In this document: in pieces, positions 44,401-45,745 of the stretch
Numbering within the stretch: the stretch's first letter is position 1
Layout of the letters: each line of letters starts with the position of its first letter
From: Campylobacterales bacterium
GTDB taxonomy: Bacteria; Campylobacterota; Campylobacteria; Campylobacterales; Sulfurimonadaceae
Length of the DNA stretch: 45,745 bases
Assembly (NCBI GenBank): GCA_038205935.1
Contig: JBBRBK010000010.1
Coordinates: 1 to 45,745, forward strand
Direction of reading: 5' to 3'
Notes under the pieces: generated by a model
Database searches by the model: none
The model's input: only the letters and a program-made list of their open reading frames with translations
Told to the model about the DNA's origin: nothing
Translations under genes and position numbers: made by a program

Positions 44401-44937
44401 ATCATAATCCGTTTTCCCGATTATTTGATCTTCTTTGGCTCCAAAGAAGCGTTCGAACGTTGGATTACAACCAAGATATACTCCATTGATATCTTTAAGC
44501 CAAATCATATCAGGAATGGTATTGACTAAAGTATGAAAAAAAGTAGCCTGCTTCGTGTAAGCTTCCTGATTTTTAAACCGTTCAATAATAATCCCCGCCA
44601 ATGAAGCAGCAAAGTTCATCAACTCCTTCTCATCCAAAGAGGGTTGTCTACATGTATTGCCGTAAATGGCAAATGAACCTAATACTTTTTTCTGGATATC
44701 AAAAAATGGTGTTGACCAGCAACTTTTTAACCATTTATATGTAGAGAATACTTCTCGATATTTTGCCCAAAGAGGATCTGTACGCATATCCGAAACATAG
44801 ACAGGTAAAGCGGTATAACATGCTGTTGCGCATGAGCCTTCCCCATGCCCGAGTGGCATATTATCTACTAGAGCATTATAGGATGCAGATAAGCTTTTAG
44901 CAGAACCTATACGAAGTTTTTGTGTGGCATCATCCAC
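41401..44937 (-). CDS. GAF(partial)-5xPAS-GGDEF-EAL c-di-GMP enzyme, apparently 5'-truncated
   Basis: Intact GGDEF with RxxD I-site (RVED), EAL, ELTE, DDFGTGYSS. The ORF begins mid-GAF at an internal GTG with no SD. Confidence 0.9.
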   Translation of the reverse strand: MDDATQKLRIGSAKSLSASYNALVDNMPLGHGEGSCATACYTALPVYVSDMRTDPLWAKYREVFSTYKWLKSCWSTPFFDIQKKVLGSFAIYGNTCRQPSLDEKELMNFAASLAGIIIERFKNQEAYTKQATFFHTLVNTIPDMIWLKDINGVYLGCNPTFERFFGAKEDQIIGKTDYDFVNPELADLFRLNDKVAIEANAPSMNEEWITFADDGHEALNETIKVPMLDKSGEVIGILGISHDITERKNIESALFESKENLRLFIDHAPVALAMFDNQMRYLAVSRRWLSDYRLEGIDVLGQSHYEVFPEITEDLKEIHLRALNGEIIKNDNGRFVRLDGSVQWLKWEVRPWYKTDGSIGGIALFSEDITALKQSESHYRTLFERTGTCIAVIERDGTISLMNEQFSELSEVSKEELIGSSFFNLIDETDKERMREYHALRSVDSSLPNHYEFNFVNAKGRKGIAEIHAVYLSDTKQTIVSVIDITEQKKAQTALIENERFLNASQSIAKIGSYMIDMQSLEFTTSETMDQIFDIDKDYKHNFEGWTELIHPDDRLRMNEYFINEVATKHQSFDKEYRIVSPSSKEVKWVHGLGKLEFQEDGTLVRMFGTIQDITKSKQMVASLHKLSLAVEQSPNAIVITDTDGNIEYVNTEFTRNTGYSPDEVIGENPRILQSHQTASSTYDDMWEHLTKGEIWKGELINQRKDKSVYIESAIIAPVKEEDGKVTNYIAIKEDITNKKRAEEYIENLAHFDQLTGLANRTLLNDRVSYLLGMAKRTQKHFTVMFLDLDHFKNINDSLGHTLGDKVLIETAKRIKGLIRVEDTVARLGGDEFILIFPETDSNAAIHVATKLIEEISKPSIIELHELTITPSIGIAIYPDDGEDFDTLLKNADTAMYKVKNDSRNNFHFFTQEMQKNSARNLELSNALRHALKRGELELYYQPQIAIEDGRVIGAEALLRWNHPVLGMISPAEFIPIAEDSGQIIEIGTWVLRTALLEMKRWIESGFDPLIVAVNISAIQFKQPNFSKLIIDALQEIEVPHKCLELELTEAVAMHNPKTVITIMNQLHDLGIRMSIDDFGTGYSSLSYLKQFKVYKLKIDQSFIHDIATDGDDRSIVSAIIDMANNLGLQTIAEGVETAEQLSFLRLHGCNEIQGYYFSKPLRADDFMKFVVNNKHQQ

Positions 44938-44949
44938 TATTAATATAGA

Positions 44950-45157
44950 GCTTATATAAATAAAGAAGATGCACCCGCTATTGTAAGTGAAGAAAAAAAG
45001 AGCATCTTTGAACTCATTAAAGCAATTGTTCCTCCACTTCTTTTGATGGCTTTTGTTCTTGGCAGTATTTTTGCAGGTGTAGCTTCTCCTACAGAATCAG
45101 CGGCATTTGGTGTTGTAAGCGGATTTGTTTTATCTCTTATAAACAGAACTTTAAACG
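44950..45157 (+). pseudogene. internal fragment of a TRAP transporter large permease (DctM)
   Basis: Reading AYINKEDAPAIV...IVPPLLLMAFVLGSIFAGVASPTESAAFG matches the DctM GxxxPTEA/S motif; only ~69 codons with no native start or end. Confidence 0.8.
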
Positions 45158-45210
45158 TAGCACATCTATCAAAAATTAAAACATTGACAAACCTTTTGTT
45201 GTATGAAAGT

Positions 45211-45286
45211 GACCCTTTCGTCTAGTGGCCAAGGACACTATCACTTCATGGTAGGAACAGAGGTTCAAATCCTTTAGGGGTCGCCA
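45211..45286 (+). tRNA. tRNA-Glu(TTC), atypical anticodon loop
   Basis: Full cloverleaf GACCCTT/AGGGGTC, U13-G22, 4-nt variable loop, loop ACTTCAT with TTC at 45245-45247, encoded CCA. Confidence 0.88.
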
Positions 45287-45405
45287 TTATTTGGTGTGAA
45301 AAAGAAAAATCTTGATTTTTTCTTTAATCTAGGAAAGAAAGAGCGAAGCATAGTCTACTATGTGAGTGATTGATTGACGACGAGTAGAGTAAAAAGCATA
45401 TTTTT

Positions 45406-45481
45406 GGGCGTTTAGCTCAGTTGGTAGAGCGCTACCCTTACAAGGTAGATGTCACTGGTTCGAGTCCAGTAATGCCCACCA
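45406..45481 (+). tRNA. tRNA-Val(TAC)
   Basis: Canonical cloverleaf, CTACC-CTTACAA-GGTAG, GTTCGAGT, CCA. Confidence 0.97.
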
Positions 45482-45564
45482 TAATTGTTGATATATGCAC
45501 GAAGCTTTTAGCTCAGATACTTTAGTATCCTTCGCCAAAACCTTAGCACATCTATCAAAAATTA
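45482..45564. repeat. nested inverted-repeat element in the tRNA-Val/Asp spacer; its right arm is duplicated at 45158-45178
   Basis: 16-bp arms 45482-45497 and 45549-45564 (14/16 complementary), inner CGAAG/CTTCG and GATAC-TTTA-GTATC; TAGCACATCTATCAAAAATTA occurs twice exactly. Confidence 0.75.
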
Positions 45565-45619
45565 CAAGTTTTTGTTTACTTTAAAAAGCAAAATTTAGTG
45601 ACATCTTTTCAATATACGC

Positions 45620-45696
45620 GCGGTGGTAGTTCAGTTGGTTAGAATACCTGCCTGTCACGCAGGGGGTCGCGAGTTCGAGTCTCGTCCACCGCGCCA
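45620..45696 (+). tRNA. tRNA-Asp(GTC)
   Basis: Canonical cloverleaf, CCTGC-CTGTCAC-GCAGG, G73, CCA. Confidence 0.97.
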
Positions 45697-45745
45697 CTAC
45701 CTTTTTTTTAATCCTATACAAATTATTCTAAATCAAAAATTTCTT

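Noticed and set aside
45043..45225. 60-aa ORF as a real small protein
   Set aside because: It is part of the DctM remnant reading through the junction into the tRNA-Glu gene.
45243..45249. Reading the first tRNA as Met/Ile2 (CAT) or Lys (CTT)
   Set aside because: The 5-bp stem CTATC/GGTAG centres TTC at positions 34-36, and the body has tRNA-Glu features.

Overview
AT-rich Campylobacterota (epsilonproteobacterial) chromosome segment. A Sulfurimonas/Sulfuricurvum-like organism is inferred from gene order and protein style. Most of the window is core housekeeping on the minus strand: rplU-rpmA, obgE-proB-fmt-birA-parA-parB, atpF'-atpF-atpH-atpA-atpG-atpD-atpC, tolQ-tolR-tolA-tolB-pal-cpoB, slyD, a Fis-HTH protein, fabD, a C-N hydrolase, mtnN, ttcA, yebC, yigZ, and separately atpB, a ThiE-like gene, gatB, a K+ channel pair and gpsA. 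A plus-strand block encodes a nitroreductase, an HI0933-family flavoprotein, lemA, DUF3137 and an EI24-like protein. The right end carries a TetR-TolC-MFP-RND efflux operon, pirin, YceI, a 5'-truncated GAF-PAS-GGDEF-EAL gene, a TRAP (DctM) fragment and a tRNA-Glu/Val/Asp cluster. The signal the gene list does not explain is a highly iterated palindrome, (C)TTACATGTAA(G). I count 14 perfect 10-mers against roughly 0.2 expected, most of them inside genes. Three further copies carry a related 18-bp in-frame insertion at the dyad centre, which adds 6 aa to three unrelated proteins. Also notable are an atypical tRNA-Glu (A32/C33, weak T-stem) and three abrupt gene-breaking junctions near the window ends.
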